NCBI RefSeq assembly: GCF_009914755.1
Contig: NC_060927.1
Length of the DNA stretch: 64,000 nt
Source of the DNA: the human T2T-CHM13v2.0 reference genome, Homo sapiens
Strand: one strand, 5' to 3'
A program made the position numbers and the translations under genes. The notes under the pieces were generated by a model. That model was not told where the DNA came from. It saw only the letters and a program-made list of their open reading frames with translations, and did not search any database. Each line of letters opens with the position of its first letter. Within the stretch, counting starts at the first letter, position 1. Shown here piece by piece: positions 1-12,757 of this stretch.

Positions 1-149
1 GTGAGTTTCCTAAAGAAAAGAAATTACTGCAACCAATGGAAGTAATCCATGAGGAGGCGAGGGAAGAGGAAGACAGGGCTGGGCGGCTGAATCCCAATGG
101 GGTAAAGAATGCAGTTCTAGTATTTCTTAATGGTTTAAGAGAACAAGCT

Positions 150-350
150 TAGCATGAAGTCTTGCTTCTTCCACTTGCTAGGTGCTAGGTATGTGACACT
201 TGGACAAATGACACAGATTCTGTGAACCTCAGTTTTTTCACCTGCAAAATGGGATGATGATAATAATAATAATGCTCACCTTGTCTGGTGGTTAAAAAGA
301 TTAAGGGAAGCAATGAACAAAAAGTACCCAGCACAGTGCCAGGGGTACAG
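150..350 (+). mobile_element. MIR SINE
   Basis: MIR core ctgtgaacctcagttttttcacctgcaaaatgggatgatgataata; approximate ends. Confidence 0.8.
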
Positions 351-958
351 TCTAACTGTTCTCCAAACCATACCCTTTCTTTATGTTCTGAAAAACTCTT
401 CATGGTGGGGAATTTCCTGCCTTATTTTTCATTATCTCTGCACCTCAAGCAGCATGCATTTTGTTTTTTATGCCAACATCAGTGGATATTGTTTTGCTTT
501 CTAATTCTTTCCCCCCCTTTTCTACAGTTTAATCTTCTGTTCTGGAAACAGAGGTTACCTCCTATAAAACCTCCCTGGCCAAACTTTTCCCCATGGACAC
601 AATGTTTTCCTTAACCAAACATTAACTTGAAGCCAGGGAAAAAGCAAGGCCTGTCCACTTCTGCACGGACCATCAACGGAGCAGTTTCTTCAGATACCAT
701 CCTTTTTTTTTTTTTTTAAATGTTAGAAATCTTTCACTAATTAATCAAGGTTTCACATGAATGCCTATCTTCTACCTGACAGCCAAAGTCATAGAAAGAG
801 GAAAAATACAGAGTAGGTTCTACCTAAAGTCTGCCCTGCGGCTATTTAAACAGATACAGAATGACCAAATCTGGAGACACGTATTTAAAATATTCCTTCT
901 ATCTCCCCCTCCTTCTGTGAAAGATATCTGAATGCATTCGGCCCACAGCCTGTTAAAG

Positions 959-975
959 TTTTTTTTTTTTTTTTT
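959..975. repeat. T17 homopolymer (A17 in ADAMTS9 sense)
   Basis: Directly visible. Confidence 0.95.
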
Positions 976-1214
976 GAGGCGGCCAGACTTGGAACACTCA
1001 GGAATACAGACAGACGTAGGAATTGCTTAAAAACAAGAAGTTCTCCCACCCTTGTTGGAGCGAATGCGCGAGTCTGACAGTGAACCTTTTGGGAAAGAGC
1101 CAGCATTGTAACCGTGCTCGGTGACTTCTCTGGCTTTATAGGGAACAGATGTGAGGATAGCAAGGGGCGCACACGTGAAATGCCTGGCAGGTACCCCTTT
1201 GTGGCTCTACTTAC

Positions 1215-1388
1215 TTCTTGCCATTCCTCTGCCCTCCAAGTGTAGAGGGGACACCGTGGGCCTTGGCAGTCGCGTTCCGACTCCGGTCTGGTGTATGGGT
1301 TGCACTCGGTCTCTCTGGCTATTTTGTGTGTTCCGATCTGACAGCCCACATGCCTCTGCTGTACGCCTCGGCCACAGGACACAGAGCA
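1215..1388 (-). CDS. ADAMTS9: ADAMTS9 exon (~30), TSR: [14 protein letters not shown]...WRAEEWQE
   Basis: Acceptor tcttag|TGC, donor GAA|gtaagt; 174 nt, phase 0-0. Confidence 0.96.
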
Positions 1389-4218
1389 CTAAGAAGACAG
1401 AGAACGTAAGTGGGAGCTTCGGCTCATTTATTTTTTGGGGGGGCGGGGGGTGTCGAGGGTCACAGAGGAGGGGAATGCACTCCTAATCCAATGACTTTCA
1501 TAGCTATCACATCGCTTTCTAATTTGCAATGAAAGGGATCCTAGATCATGTCTTAAACCTGGAAACTCACTGCTTATCTTATCCACGCTGGAGAGTGAGG
1601 AAGGTGCTCAAGTTTGGAGGAATCCCTCAAGTTAATGTAATTCTTAGAGGATTGAAGAGGTTAATAAAAATCATTATGAATCATTTAGCACAACCTGGAA
1701 ATAGTGCTGCCATGAGAAATGAAAACTTGAAATGATTTCTATCCTGGAGGATTTGAGACTCATGAAAACTGGAGAGACAGTGTTGTACAAGAAGAATTTC
1801 TTGGCAGATTAAAAATATAACCCAAGGAGAAGTAAACCACTGAAGATTTTAGGACTTTATAAGTAGAATTATTTTCTCCAGTCTCTTCCTTTTCTTGCTC
1901 CTATTCATGGAGATAAGGCGATATTTTTTTAACCACAGAATTCACTAAAGAATTTGTGTCTATTTACAACCTCAGATGAATATATGAAGAATAAAAGCTG
2001 ACAGGAAAAACCATTTCCTCGGGCTTAATGTTTTCAGCCCTTGAAAAATATTGTTAATCATGTTGAAACATTTTGCTGACCAACTTGCAAAACACCATAT
2101 TAAATCTGCAATTAACTTTCCTCTAAATTAATTTTTTAATGGTTTCCTCATTGCTGGGTTTCATAATCTCACTTATGGCCAGGCCAAGAATTATTGTCTT
2201 GATTAAGGTTTTGACAGCCAGAAACTAAAGGCAACATTTGGAAAGAATGGTATATTATTACACTTAGCTATTAAAAATTATTTCCAAATTTTTGTGATAG
2301 CTCAGCCTCCATTTTTTGGTCTGGTGTTGAGAAAATAAGCTTAACATACATTAAAGCCATATTCCTAAGAGGAAGTCTTCTTAAATAATAGAATCATGAC
2401 CTTTCAAACTTGAAAAAATTATTTTCCAATTAACCTGTAGCAACATTCAACTTTCTTTGAGACTATTAATGGAAATTTACTATCAAGAATCACACCCAAA
2501 TGTATTCTGCTGAATGGTAATTTTCTCTCCATTTCAGATTTTAAGAAAACAGGTAACGATATTTAGAAGGTAACTTGAGAAATCATACTGTTTCAGATAA
2601 ATCTATGCCAGAGAGGAGAACCATATGTTCACATCAAAGCTAGCTGAACAGAAGAAAATATTTTGGATCAACATAGCTACTATTGTTTGGGCTCAATTGT
2701 ATTAATTGGATTGAATGAGTTTGTGACCCACAAGAAACCAGACTTTTAAAGTCATTATGTCCTGGGTGTAATGGGAGGATTCCTGAACACAAGTGATGAC
2801 CCTATCTATAGAGAATGGCCATTTAATGCTCATTAGAGCTACATGAATAATATTTCCCATTGATTACACTGGAAAAGAATGTACTGTAACATGATAGAGT
2901 TACCCCATAAATGATGGACATGTTCAAATATTATCATCATCAATAAACAACAACCAAAAAGTCTTTTGACTATTTCAATTTGGGGTCTTAAATATAAAAG
3001 AGCACGTTTCTGGAACAATATATCCAAATACAAATACAGAAAGAATATTGTAAACAAATTTGAGTTTGGTATAGGACTCAACTATATGCAGAATCTCATA
3101 ATGTTTTAATAACCTAAAGAAAAATGAAAACATATTTAAAGACTTTTAGAATGTATAAGACTATTCAGGCTACTAAATAAATGAAACCTCTTTTTGAAGC
3201 TATTGTAATTGAAAAAATTACTTATGGTTCAACGAAGGCACGGTACTAAGAGCCATAAGTATCCAACATTTAAAAAATCACTTCCTACAATGTTTGATAA
3301 TTTTTCAAAAGACAAATTAAGACACAGGAAAGTTCAATTATACGATATGTCATTCTGGCTTCTGATTTTCATGATGCAAAGCCAGCTTTGAAATACCACA
3401 TTCAAAAGTTTCTACATGACTTAAGTGCTCACAGCAAGGTACAAGCCTGCCTTTCTGAATAATGCATTCACAGTAATCTTTGCTCAAAATGAGGTCCACT
3501 CCATCGGAGTTAGTTTTCTGTGTTCAACTTTTCTTCCTGTGCTATCTCAAGGGAGGCAACAGTTTGCATAGAGAGCCAGCCAGGCTTGCTTGGAATTCTG
3601 AGAGATTTGTGCAGGCACCCCATGAATAAAACAGCAGCAGAAAGACCTCTGTGTGACCCCGGAGGCAGTGATGGTGGTGGTATGTGTATGTGTGTGTAAA
3701 TCCAAGTTTTCTTGTTCTGTTCAGTACACCTTTTAGTTCGTTTGCAGATGAAAACATCTGAATGGCCTCTATTAATGTGCTCCCCCCACAGCCATCATCC
3801 CACCACCACAGTCTATTCGTGCAGGTTTCAAAGTAGACGTTTTTCACTCTGAACTCCTGAGCTGGGAGCTATGTTTCATCTCTCTCTACTCCCCACTGTG
3901 CAATGCTAGTATGCAGAACTCACCAACTTAAAAGGGGAACTTGATGCTTATTTCCATAGAGAGAAAGAATCTCCATTGAACTTTTGATGTTTAGGGAATC
4001 ATAATATATACTTGAAAACCTAGAAATAGTTTTATATACTTTCTTCCAGGATTACTGCTGAAATTATGGTGATGACATTAAAGCAGCGATTAGTTTGAAA
4101 AACAACTATATAAACCAACTTTTATAAGTAACAATAATAGCAATAATAACACAAACTTTTACTAAACACTTACTATATGCTAGGGTTTCTATACTAGCAT
4201 ACAGTATATGCTAGTATA

Positions 4219-4420
4219 CTGAGGTTTCTCAATTAAATAATTCTTTTTTGTGTGTGGGGGGGGCGTTGTCGTGTGCATTGTAGAAAGTTTAGCAGCATAC
4301 CTGGTTTGTAACTACCAGATGCTAGTTCCCCCTTATTCCCCCCCAACTTGTGACAAAACTGTCTCTAGACATTCCCAAATGTCCCATGGGGTACAAAATC
4401 ACCCCCATTTGAAAGCTTAG
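4219..4420 (-). mobile_element. MER20 (hAT-Charlie MITE)
   Basis: gtgtgcattgtagaaagtttagcagcatacctgg...tgtctctagacattcccaaatgtcccatggggtacaaaatcaccccc matches recalled MER20. Confidence 0.8.
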
Positions 4421-4985
4421 CTCTAGGCTAAGCATTTTACATAAAATACCTCTGATACTTCCCAATAAACCTTTTAGGCAGATACTTCATAAATAAATAA
4501 AACAAAAAAACAGAGATAATCACCCGAACTCAAGCAAAAACAAAACCAAAAACACAAAGTAAAATTTGTCTTAGACAAGGTAGCATAGCTACTGCGAATG
4601 TGCGTTTGCGATCCCAGTTTTTAAATTGGTGCTAATATGATGCAGTCTTTTGTAGCAGGTCAGTGAGGGTGTGGGTGAGAGGCCTGTCTTCAAACAATTC
4701 AATACCAATGCTCATGCTTCAAATACAAACAAAATAAATGGAAAGCACAAAATACTAAAGCAACTCTAGTTCTCCTCACTGACCATGTGCATATGGCTTC
4801 CTTAATTTCTCAAAGAACACAAGCCACACATTTGCCACATTTCTCCATTAAACACTTGAAGGACACTTCAGAATGACATCACAATACAGCTGCTCTAATT
4901 ATAATTATAAGAAAAGTCTTAATCAAGAATGGATGGTAGATTCCATTTCAGCATTAGCACTGGAGATCTTTTAAAAATTGATGCT

Positions 4986-5165
4986 TATTTCATTGAATGT
5001 AAGACAACACTGATTGCAAAACACACCATTATATTTTGTAGCACTAAGAAAGACAACAAGGGCTGTTAAGGAAATCATGACATTGCATAGTTTGTGAAGC
5101 CCATCCTGACCACAAAGGTGTTGAACTGTGAAGAAGATCTGCATCTCAGAACTGATGAATGACTT
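4986..5165 (-). mobile_element. MER104-like Tc2/mariner MITE
   Basis: tatttcattgaatgtaagac...caccattatattttgtagcactaagaaag...gcatctcagaactgatgaat with degenerate terminal inverted repeats. Confidence 0.6.
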
Positions 5166-8004
5166 GATTGCATGAATTCATGATTGATTAATGCATTGGT
5201 GTGTTACCTTCATTCTAATCTGATAATTTATTCTTTTTATTTTTGATCTTTATTTTAAAAACTCTATAGCGATAGGATAAGTTAAAAAAGTTTTACTGTG
5301 AAACGCTTTTTGTATCATGGGAATATTGAGTCTTCACATTTGTCAGTCTGAATCAAGAACTTGATGCTAATTTTTGTCGTAAAAGTTCATAGGCATTCCT
5401 TAGCTCTTGATTAAAAATATCTAAACAAATGAAATGTAATCTTTTTGGAGAGAGAAAAACCCTTTAAGGCTTCAGTAAGAATAATTCCACCCCTCCTTCA
5501 AGAAAAGCTGATTTTCTTTACAAATTCAAGATTTCAGAAGACACAGAAGTGAAATATTCCACTTTAAATCTCAAAACATCAATACTAAAAGAGAAACTGT
5601 AAAGATTAGCATGGCTATTGTAGTTTCTATCCGAATATCCTATATATCATATTATCATCAGACCTTTCGATGTGATGAGAAATTAAACCAATTATTTTTC
5701 CTACCTTGAAGACAGGATGACTAGGCTGTAACTACCAGCAGAAAACAGAAAGACCAGATATAAAATCTTCTAAATATTGCTGCAAGTGGACAATCATTAC
5801 TCTTGCTTACTATCACAGTCTTAGGGATATTCTTGTTTACCACTGGATCATTAGGAAGCCAATAATCTTTAATCATGCAGACCGTCTTTCTCCATTAACC
5901 ACTGGGTCTGATTATTTTCAGGTACACTTCTAAATTGCCCAAATTGAATTTTACCCATGCAGTACTTTGTCTTGCCTGCTTTTCTTATTTATTTCTACAA
6001 ATCAAATCAGGACATTATAAGGCTGGCCACAGACCATTATATAACTGTGTTTACTTGCATTTTCTACAAAGGTGACTTGACTTTTCCGAGCAATCATTTT
6101 GAACAGGTGCAGTTTATTCTGGGGAGGCATTCTGATAATCCTATTACCTTATGTTGGCAAAAACCCCCAGGGTTTAAACCTAATCATTTCAGCTTTGTAA
6201 GCAATTTTAGGCTTCCCATCAAGATCACATGATGCTGGATTAAAACTCACTCTGTGTTTACCAATAAAGAGCAAAAGATTCTTTTAATTATCCTTTGTGA
6301 ATATTGGCTTTTAACATGAGCATCATTTATATGCTCTGAACTTAATTAATATTCAGAGGTAAATAAAACAGATAAGTAGAGGCCAAGGAACATTAAAAAA
6401 AAAAGTAACAGATCATGAAAGTCCACAAGAGACAAGCTAATTAGCGTGGTATCTTAAATAATGCTAGCTGCAAGCTTTTACATGAATCGAATAGCTCCAA
6501 AAAAAAAAAGGGATGGAAGTTAACAGATGACAAGGATCACTTAGAAAAACATTAAGAAGGATGACTGGTATGAAATATTGCCTTGAATATGCTCCCCGAA
6601 GGAAGGCAAAGGAGGAACCAGCTCTGGCTGGGTATAGATTTTTTTTTTATTGTTAAATTAAAACAAACAAAACCCCCATGTTTCATTATGATAAAGGCCT
6701 TGAGAGGCATGAGGCCACTGCCCTGAGGAATGATGACTGGAGGATATGGAGGGCAGTGATGCCAGATCAGGGCATTGAAAATACATTCAGGTTTCTGAAG
6801 GAATTTTCCATTAGTCATATTGAAATGGAGGATTCTCGAATCCTCCCCACATTAATGTACGCTATGACCAAAGCTGCTTTGGGGCCTTAAGAATCAAGAT
6901 TCTAGGCTCTGGAAGAATCCATGCTAGAGCCCGCCAACCTTGAACCTAGATTCCCATCGATTATCTGGAGTCATCTGAATGATTCTCCACTGCATGGAAG
7001 CACCGGAAATACAGTAAAACTTCATTGATTCAGATCAGTGGAGAGAAGGAGCAGCATTAAATACAGAATGTTTTAAAAGAAATTGAGCCTTATTACTTTT
7101 AAGTTAGCACCTTCAACCAAACTAAGAAAATGTGCAAGTGTGGAGTTACCAGATCTACTCTAAGGATTTGATATGAACGGCTTTAGTTCACATATCCAGT
7201 GTTTAGAGATTAAACAGAAGCTTCTAAGGTTCCTGTTTCAAGTTCAATAGGGAAACTCACACCCAGTTCCTGACTAGCTTATGAAATGTTTAGAATTAGT
7301 GGAGTCTAACTGTAATCAGTGTCTTGGGTACTCACACCCTTCTCCATCCCATACACACATCACACTTGTCCAAACAAAATATAACTCTTGAGAGCCTACT
7401 AGATTGAAGACCCCTGCAAAGCGCTGGGCATTCATGATTGCATTAAATCGTCATAAGAGCCATGTGTAGTAGGCTCAGGAAAATTAAATTACCCAAGGTC
7501 ATATAGCTAGAAAATAACAGAGAACTCTCTCTTCTGTCCTTCACCTTTTGTAAGCAAGCAAATGGGCAGAGGTATTTTCTAGAACTTTCGTCAACAGCCC
7601 TTTCTTCAAGAACCTCCAAGATAAACTGAGACTCAATTTCTGCCAGGTGACCACAGTCAGCTTCAGTGCAGTCTGAGTTAGTAGTTTTCTATGTGGTGAT
7701 AATGCAATGCCATCAGTGAAGTATTGAGGGGCTGACCTGTGCTCCATCTGATCCCTATTTCCACTTAGAATTCACCCTCACAGCCACCCCTAATTATAGG
7801 TATTATCCAAAGCTCCAGAGGCTGGAGCCCAATGTCACACAGCTAGTAAGTATCCTGACTATCTAGGTAATGATTCTCCCCTCCCAGTCCCCGAGCTCCC
7901 CTCGGTAAAACCAAAACCGTGCATAGAAACACAAGTGAACACACTGGGGTCAGCCACGTGGCCAAACGTAAGGAAGCAGTCAGTAGAGGAGAAGCATTGC
8001 TCAC

Positions 8005-8172
8005 CTGACTCCAAGCGCCAGCTTTCCATTTGGGGCATCTTCCTCCTCGGCACTTTCTGTGCCCATGTGGCTTAGCCAGGTGCTTACAGTAATCACTTTC
8101 TAAATGGCTTCCATCTTTTGCCATGCAGTAAACATTTCGTTGTTTATGCCCTCGACCACAAGAGACAGAACA
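8005..8172 (-). CDS. ADAMTS9: ADAMTS9 exon (~29), TSR: [14 protein letters not shown]...WKAGAWSQ
   Basis: Acceptor ttgcag|TGT, donor CAG|gtgagc; 168 nt, phase 0-0. Confidence 0.96.
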
Positions 8173-9769
8173 CTGCAATATAAAGCAATGGCAAGGTTGT
8201 TGTTGTTTTTTAATCACACGGAGTTTGAGAAAAAACCTGCGTCTTGAGATGTTAAGACAATGCCTAACAAGAGTTACCATTCCCCTCTTTTACAGCGCCA
8301 GTTTGGATAATATCTCAAGGCTTAATAGGGAAGGAAGGTGGCATTGAAAAAAAAAATGTCCACAGCATTACAGCAGCAATCCTGTGTGGCATTTTTGGCT
8401 CACTCAAGAGTGTGGGTAAATCCTGAGAATTGGAGCCAAAAATAAAGCTCATGAACCTGAAATTACCATGAAATTCTGATTTTAAGAAGTCCTACTATGA
8501 AATAGTGATATATTTCTTCAACAAAATGCCTGTGATTCACTGACTGGGATAAAGGTGCATTTCCAAAATACAACTATGTTCAATTTCTTAATTAAATGAT
8601 TTAAGAATAAAACTCTTCAACCATTTTCCAGAGGATAAGCTCTCGTTTTCCCAGTCCACTGGGAAGAGGTGAAAAAGGCACGTTAGAAACTGAAAGGTAA
8701 GCTAGCAGGTAAGTCTGTGCCAATTTTGGGAGGGAGGCATTACCTTTCAACTTTGATCTGCAGATTCACTGGACTGTTTTAAATGTGACCTTGTCTGACC
8801 ACATCTGAGAAACTTGACTTTGATTTCAGATTAGGTTTCTCAGAAAGGTTTAGGAATCAAAGTGCCCATGGAGTCGGGACAAAAATTTGATATGACAGCT
8901 TCTTGTAAAACAGGCAAGAGGCTGGCCCCAGTGAGTGTGCTGAGATATGCAATGTCCATTGCCTCATTAGTGATTACAGAAGTCATTACCACTCAGATCA
9001 TAAGCTGCTGGCTCGGGTTTTCAAGACACATTATTTCCCAATATAATGGTCTTGCTTTTTAGAGGGAAATGAATTTAAGAATGAAGAACAAATTGTGAAA
9101 ACGCAATGAAAACAGATTTCAAGTGTCATTTCCTTCTATTCAATATTTATTTCCCCCACTAACTTTGTGATTTTGTTAAATTACCAACATGCCCTTTTAT
9201 GCCTAATAAATAGCACCATGTGAAACATGTAACTCATGAAACATATTAACTCAACCACTATTACCAAGCATGCTCACAGTTATCCATTCATAAATGTACC
9301 AGACATGTTTTTCTAGTAAACACAAACCACTATAAAAAGTTCAATAGTTGCTCATAGAGAAATGTGAAGTACGTATATTAATACATTTGGCTTTAATTTT
9401 TTTAACTTTAGGAGGTGAAAATATTGCTGTTTTCATTTGAGCTCTAATCTTATGAATATTATGATTTGGAGTAGTCATTCTGAAAATCTTAATGGAGTAT
9501 ACAGGATGGAAGGAAGCCATCCAACTTGAAATATCTATACCAAAACAAAAATATTCATCATTCAACCTGTAGTGTTTGATCTATATAAAGACTTTGCGAT
9601 ATAATTCTAGAAGGCTTTTAGAATGAAGTTCCTAGAAGTATCTCCACAAATCTCTAGAAGTGTGCTGATGACTTGCACACAGATAATCCCTATTAATAGT
9701 GACCAATTTTAATATTTTAAAACATTTCTCTGAAAAGAAAATAATATAAGGGTTCAATTAGATTTGGAA

Positions 9770-10560
9770 TGAATTCATTTATTTATTCGACAAACATTTA
9801 CAGAGCACCTACAATGTTCCAGAAATTATGCAAAGTACTAGAAATGTAGCGATAAACAAAATTGACAAGTCTCTGTCTTCATGGAGCTTACAGACCAGTG
9901 AGGGAAGCTGACATTAATTAAGTGATGACAAAAATAAATATATGATTATTCATTGAGGTAAGTACTAGGAAACAAACAGGCTGGAATGGTTGGAAGAGGG
10001 CTCACTGAGGTACTTCCTGGGGTCAGGCAGCAAAGCTATGAGCTACAATTATGAGTTTGGATTTTATTCTGCACAAGATGAAAAATCACTGAAGAGTTTC
10101 AAGTCAGAGTAAGACATGGTCTGATTTTTGTTTCAAAACATTTACTTTGCCTGAGTAGAGCCCAAGTGGGAAAACAGTGTGAGTGGAAATGAGAAAGTCA
10201 CTCAGGAATGCTTAGGTAGGGGAAGTTGGGAGGCTGAGGCAGGAGAATGGTGTGAACCCGGGAGGCAGAGCTTGCAGTGAGCCAAGACAGCGCCACTGTA
10301 CTCCAGCCTGGGCGAAAGAGCAAGACTCCGTCACAAAAAAAAAAAAAAAAAAAAAAAAAGATGTATTTTTTTGAAGTAGAAATGATGGATCTACTCTAGG
10401 GTGGAGAGGAAAGGGCAGTATCAGGGATAACTTTCAGGTTTCTGGTTTGGGCAATTGGGTAGATAGTGATAACACTTACAGAGATGGGGAAAACTGGGAG
10501 ATACAGCATTGGGAGTCAAAGATATATTTATTTCTAGGAAATGAGTTGAACTTAAAGGAT
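9770..10560 (-). mobile_element. L2 LINE 3' fragment, interrupted by a partial Alu
   Basis: attcatttatttattcgacaaacatttacagagcacctac (L2 3' end, reverse); gagtttggattttattct; gagatggggaaaact. Confidence 0.75.
10226..10358 (+). mobile_element. 5'-truncated Alu (right arm, AluY-like)
   Basis: ggagaatggtgtgaacccgggaggcagagcttgcagtgag (Y-type diagnostics) plus poly(A); no TSD seen. Confidence 0.9.
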
Positions 10561-12437
10561 ATAGAATCATGGGTGGTAAAATTTGCTTGACTAGGGTGAA
10601 GAAACATAGTTGTGTCAGAGTAATCAAATGAACATGGGTGACCTTAACACAAGTCTATCTGTAGGGACAGTCACTTCAATATACAAATAGTCCAAACAAG
10701 CTGTCTCTTAATATATAAGGGAAAAGAGAGTTGTTAGAAATATTAATTTAGTAATCTACTGTGGTCATCAGAAGTTACAGCCTAAAAGTTGGCAACAACC
10801 TGTAGAGGAAGAATTGGAAAAGGTACAACTCTCTCACATTTATGAGCCAGGCACTGCCCTAAGACTTTATATGCATCATCTAATTTAATCATCCCAATAA
10901 CCCAGTGAAACTCAGTAATAGAGATAGGTACTATTAGTGGAGACAATTGGTGTTTTCAGAATGGCATAACCACAATGCTTTATATAGTGCTTCCCACATG
11001 ACTTCAACACAAATGAATACATTTCTGTTGGAAACAATAACAGCACAGTGAAAAATAGTTAAATTATCACCAACCTCACTGATAAAAATTCATCTGAGGT
11101 ATAACTGACATCTATTGCTAATGGAATGAAGATGAATGAAGTAGCTTCTAAATACAATGCCTTATCTTTTCACTATCTGGACTAGCTGTAACCTACCCAT
11201 TCCAGGGTTTTGTTTTTGTTTTTAAATTTGGGGACTTGACTGGAATTGACTTGGAAAAAACAACGCAGCACTTGCCATACTTATTATCTGCCTAATATTG
11301 TTAAGATCTAAAGGCAATTAGGAAATTCTCAAGGTATCTAATCTGATAGCAAATACTCTTCTTTTAATGCTTTCTAACTTACCAATGAAGAAAAGCAGCT
11401 GCTCGTGGAAATGTTCAAATCTAACAGGTTTATTAACGGGCCTACTATGACCTGATAGAGGGGCTATCATTTTGATAATCAAATAAACACAAGTTTCAGC
11501 TCTTACATTCTGAGGGAAATTTCCATCAGATCATTTCCAGTCCTTTCTCAGGCACTGACTTTTACATCACCATGTGTCACTGAGACATAATCGTTAAATT
11601 TAGTGTGTCACCTAGTACGTGCTATTTATTGGTTACACATCTGATAGTTCTTGCTCTAGGGAATATTTAATTCCTCAAATTCACAGCCAAAAAGCCAAAG
11701 TAGGCTTTGCCAATAGGACTCTGACTTTTTTTTCTTGGGAAACAACCCAACTTTGTGTAACAGAATGATCTTCCTCCCAACTTTGAGCAAGACTCCCAGA
11801 CAATGTAATCTCTGTTTGTTACTTAGCAGCACCAAGGTCAGCATCCCAAGTGCCTGGGTATTCAGGCTTTTGTTTCTGTTGGGTGGCTTGAAGGGGATGT
11901 TGAAATGTGGTGTTTTGTTCAGAGACTGTGTTAACACTTTTCACTAATTAAGGTCTAAGAGCTTGAAATCCTTGCATTTCAATTCATCTGGTGGAAAGGA
12001 AACTCAAGACATGGGCCGTCTGTTCTTAACCTCTATCGAGGGCTCTCTCTCAAGAAGTAGCACTGGATATGGTGCAGACGAATTTGGGTTTGGTGTGCTG
12101 TCTCTGGTTTTAGGGATGCCCCACATTGGTCCTTTCACTTATACAGAGGAACGTGGTTTCTTAGTTATTGAGAAGCCAGAAAACAGCCCTGGTGTGTCTG
12201 CCTGAATGAGAAGGGCTGGAGAACTAAAGAGAATGGGATCCCTGGGGTTGCTGAGGCTGCCAAGGACCTGGACATCCAAAACAAGATGGATTTCTACACA
12301 GAGTTGCTAAAGATACCATAAAGAACCAAGAAGGAATAAGAAGGGGAAGGTAGAGGTCAGAGATGTACACAGGATCTGGCCAGAAAGAGGCTTCTGGGTG
12401 GGGCTGGAAGATGCAGGGGCTTAGAAAAAGCAGGGGC

Positions 12438-12757
12438 GGCCGGGTGCGGTGGCTCACGCCTGTAATCCCAGCACTTTGGGAGGCCGAGGCAGGCGGATCA
12501 CAAGGTCAAGAGATCAGGACCATTCTAGCCAACATGGTGAAACCCCATCTCGACTAAAAATACAAAAATTAGCTGGGCATGGTGGCATGCACCTGTAGTT
12601 CCAGCTACTCAGGAGGCTGAGGAAGGAGAATCGCTTGAACCTGGGAGGTGGAGGTTGCAGTGAGTCAAGATCCTCCACTGCACTCCAGCCTGGCGACGGA
12701 GTGAGTGAGACTCCATCTTAAAAAAAAAAAAAAAAAAAAAAATGGAAAAAGAAAAAA
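12438..12757 (+). mobile_element. Full-length Alu (AluSc-like)
   Basis: Dimeric Alu; TSD agaaaaagcaggggc (12423-12437) / agaaaaggcaggggc (12758-12772). Confidence 0.95.
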
